A stretch of 64,000 bases of DNA. Source: Octopus vulgaris. Taxonomy: Eukaryota. Shown here in pieces: positions 62,995-64,000 of the stretch. The notes beneath the pieces were generated by a model. The model had not been told where the DNA came from. It saw only the letters and a list, made by a program, of their open reading frames with translations, and did no database searches. The stretch is taken from positions 72,292,001 to 72,356,000 of the forward strand of contig OX597830.1 of the NCBI GenBank assembly GCA_951406725.2, read 5' to 3'. Every line of letters starts with the position of its first letter. Position 1 is the stretch's first letter. Position numbers and translations under genes: made by a program.

Positions 62995-64000
62995 TTTGGG
63001 TTAGGGTTAGGGTTAGGGTTAGGGCTAGGGTTAGGGTTAGGGTTAGGGCTAGGGTTAGGGTTAGGGTTAGGGTTAGGATTAGGGTTAGGGTTTGGGTTGG
63101 GGTTAGGGTTGGGGTTAGAGTAAGGGTTATGGTTAGGATAAAAGCTAGGGTTTGGTTTAGGGTTAGGGTTAGGGCAAGGGTTAAGTTTAGGGTTAAGGTT
63201 AGGGTAAGGGTTAGGGTTAGGGCTAGGGTTAGGGTTAGGGTTAGTGTTAGTTTTATGGTTAGGGTTATGGTTAGGGTTAGGGTAGTGTTAGGTTTAGGGT
63301 TAGGGTAAGGGCTAGGGTAAATGTTAGGGTTAGGGTTAGGGTTAGGGTTAGGGATAGGGTTAGGGTTAGGGTTTGGGTTGGGGTTAGGGTTGGGGTTAGG
63401 GTAAGGGTTATGGTTAGGGTAAAAGCTAAGGTTAGGCTAGGGTAAGGGTTATGGCAAGGATTAGGGTTAAGTTTAGGGTTAAGGCTAGGGTAAGGGTTAG
63501 GGCTAGGGTTAGGGTTAGGGTTAGGGTTAGGGTTAGGGATAGGGTTAGAGTTAGAGTTAAGGGAATAGGTAGGGCTAGGAATAGGTTTAGGGTTAGTGTT
63601 AGTGTTATGGTTAGGGTTATGGTTAGGGTTAGGGTTAGGGTTAGGGTTAGGGTTAGGGTTAGGGTTAGGGTTAGGGTTAGGGACAGGATAGGGTTAGGGT
63701 TAGGATCAGGGTTAAGGTTAGGTTTAGGGCTAGGATTAGAGTTGGGATATGGCTAGGGTTAGGGCTAGGGTTAGGGTTAGAGCTAGGGTTTGGGTTAGGG
63801 TTAGTTTTAGGTTTAGGGTTAGGGTTTTGGTTAGGGTTAGGGCTAGGGATAGGGGTAGAGTTAGGGTTAGGGTTAGGGCTAGGGTTAGGGTGAGGGTTAG
63901 GGTTAGGTTTAGGGCTAGGGTTAGCGTGAGGGTTAGGGTTAGGGCTGTGGTTAGGGTTCGGTTTAGGGTTAAGGTTAGGGCCAGGGTTATGGTTACGGTT
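62995..64000 (+). repeat. Degenerate telomeric-type (TTAGGG)n array
   Basis: About 1 kb of TTAGGG with CTAGGG/TAAGGG/TTATGG/ATAGGG variants. The G-rich strand runs 5'->3' to the window end. Confidence 0.97.

Noticed and set aside
63451-63756. RVRVRV / GLGLG ORF
   Set aside because: It is a translation of the telomeric repeat.

Overview
AT-rich, repeat-saturated eukaryotic (animal) genomic DNA. The tRNA-derived SINE families, dense microsatellites and (TTAGGG)n suggest a cephalopod, probably Octopus; this is inference from recall, not a database result. I find no intact host protein-coding gene, and most ORFs in the track are microsatellite or SINE artefacts. Four to five tRNA-head SINE families occur in dozens of copies. 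Decayed autonomous elements include a DNA transposase (tentatively Sola2-like, 0.9-2.3 kb), an R4/Dong LINE 3' end inside a (TAA)n array, CR1- and RTE-type LINE ends, a Naiad-type Penelope-like RT (about 31.9-34.5 kb), a Helitron Rep fragment plus four non-autonomous Helitrons, a DD41D Tc1/mariner, a hAT MITE and a Ty3/Gypsy pol. A degenerate telomeric array with a higher-order repeat fills the last kb. The most interesting signal is a set of short non-coding elements, mostly beside (TA)n tracts, that carry minimal type-I hammerhead-ribozyme motifs and/or foldback (inverted-arm) structure with target-site duplications. Together with the Penelope-like RT remnant they look like a retrozyme/Penelope-dependent system.
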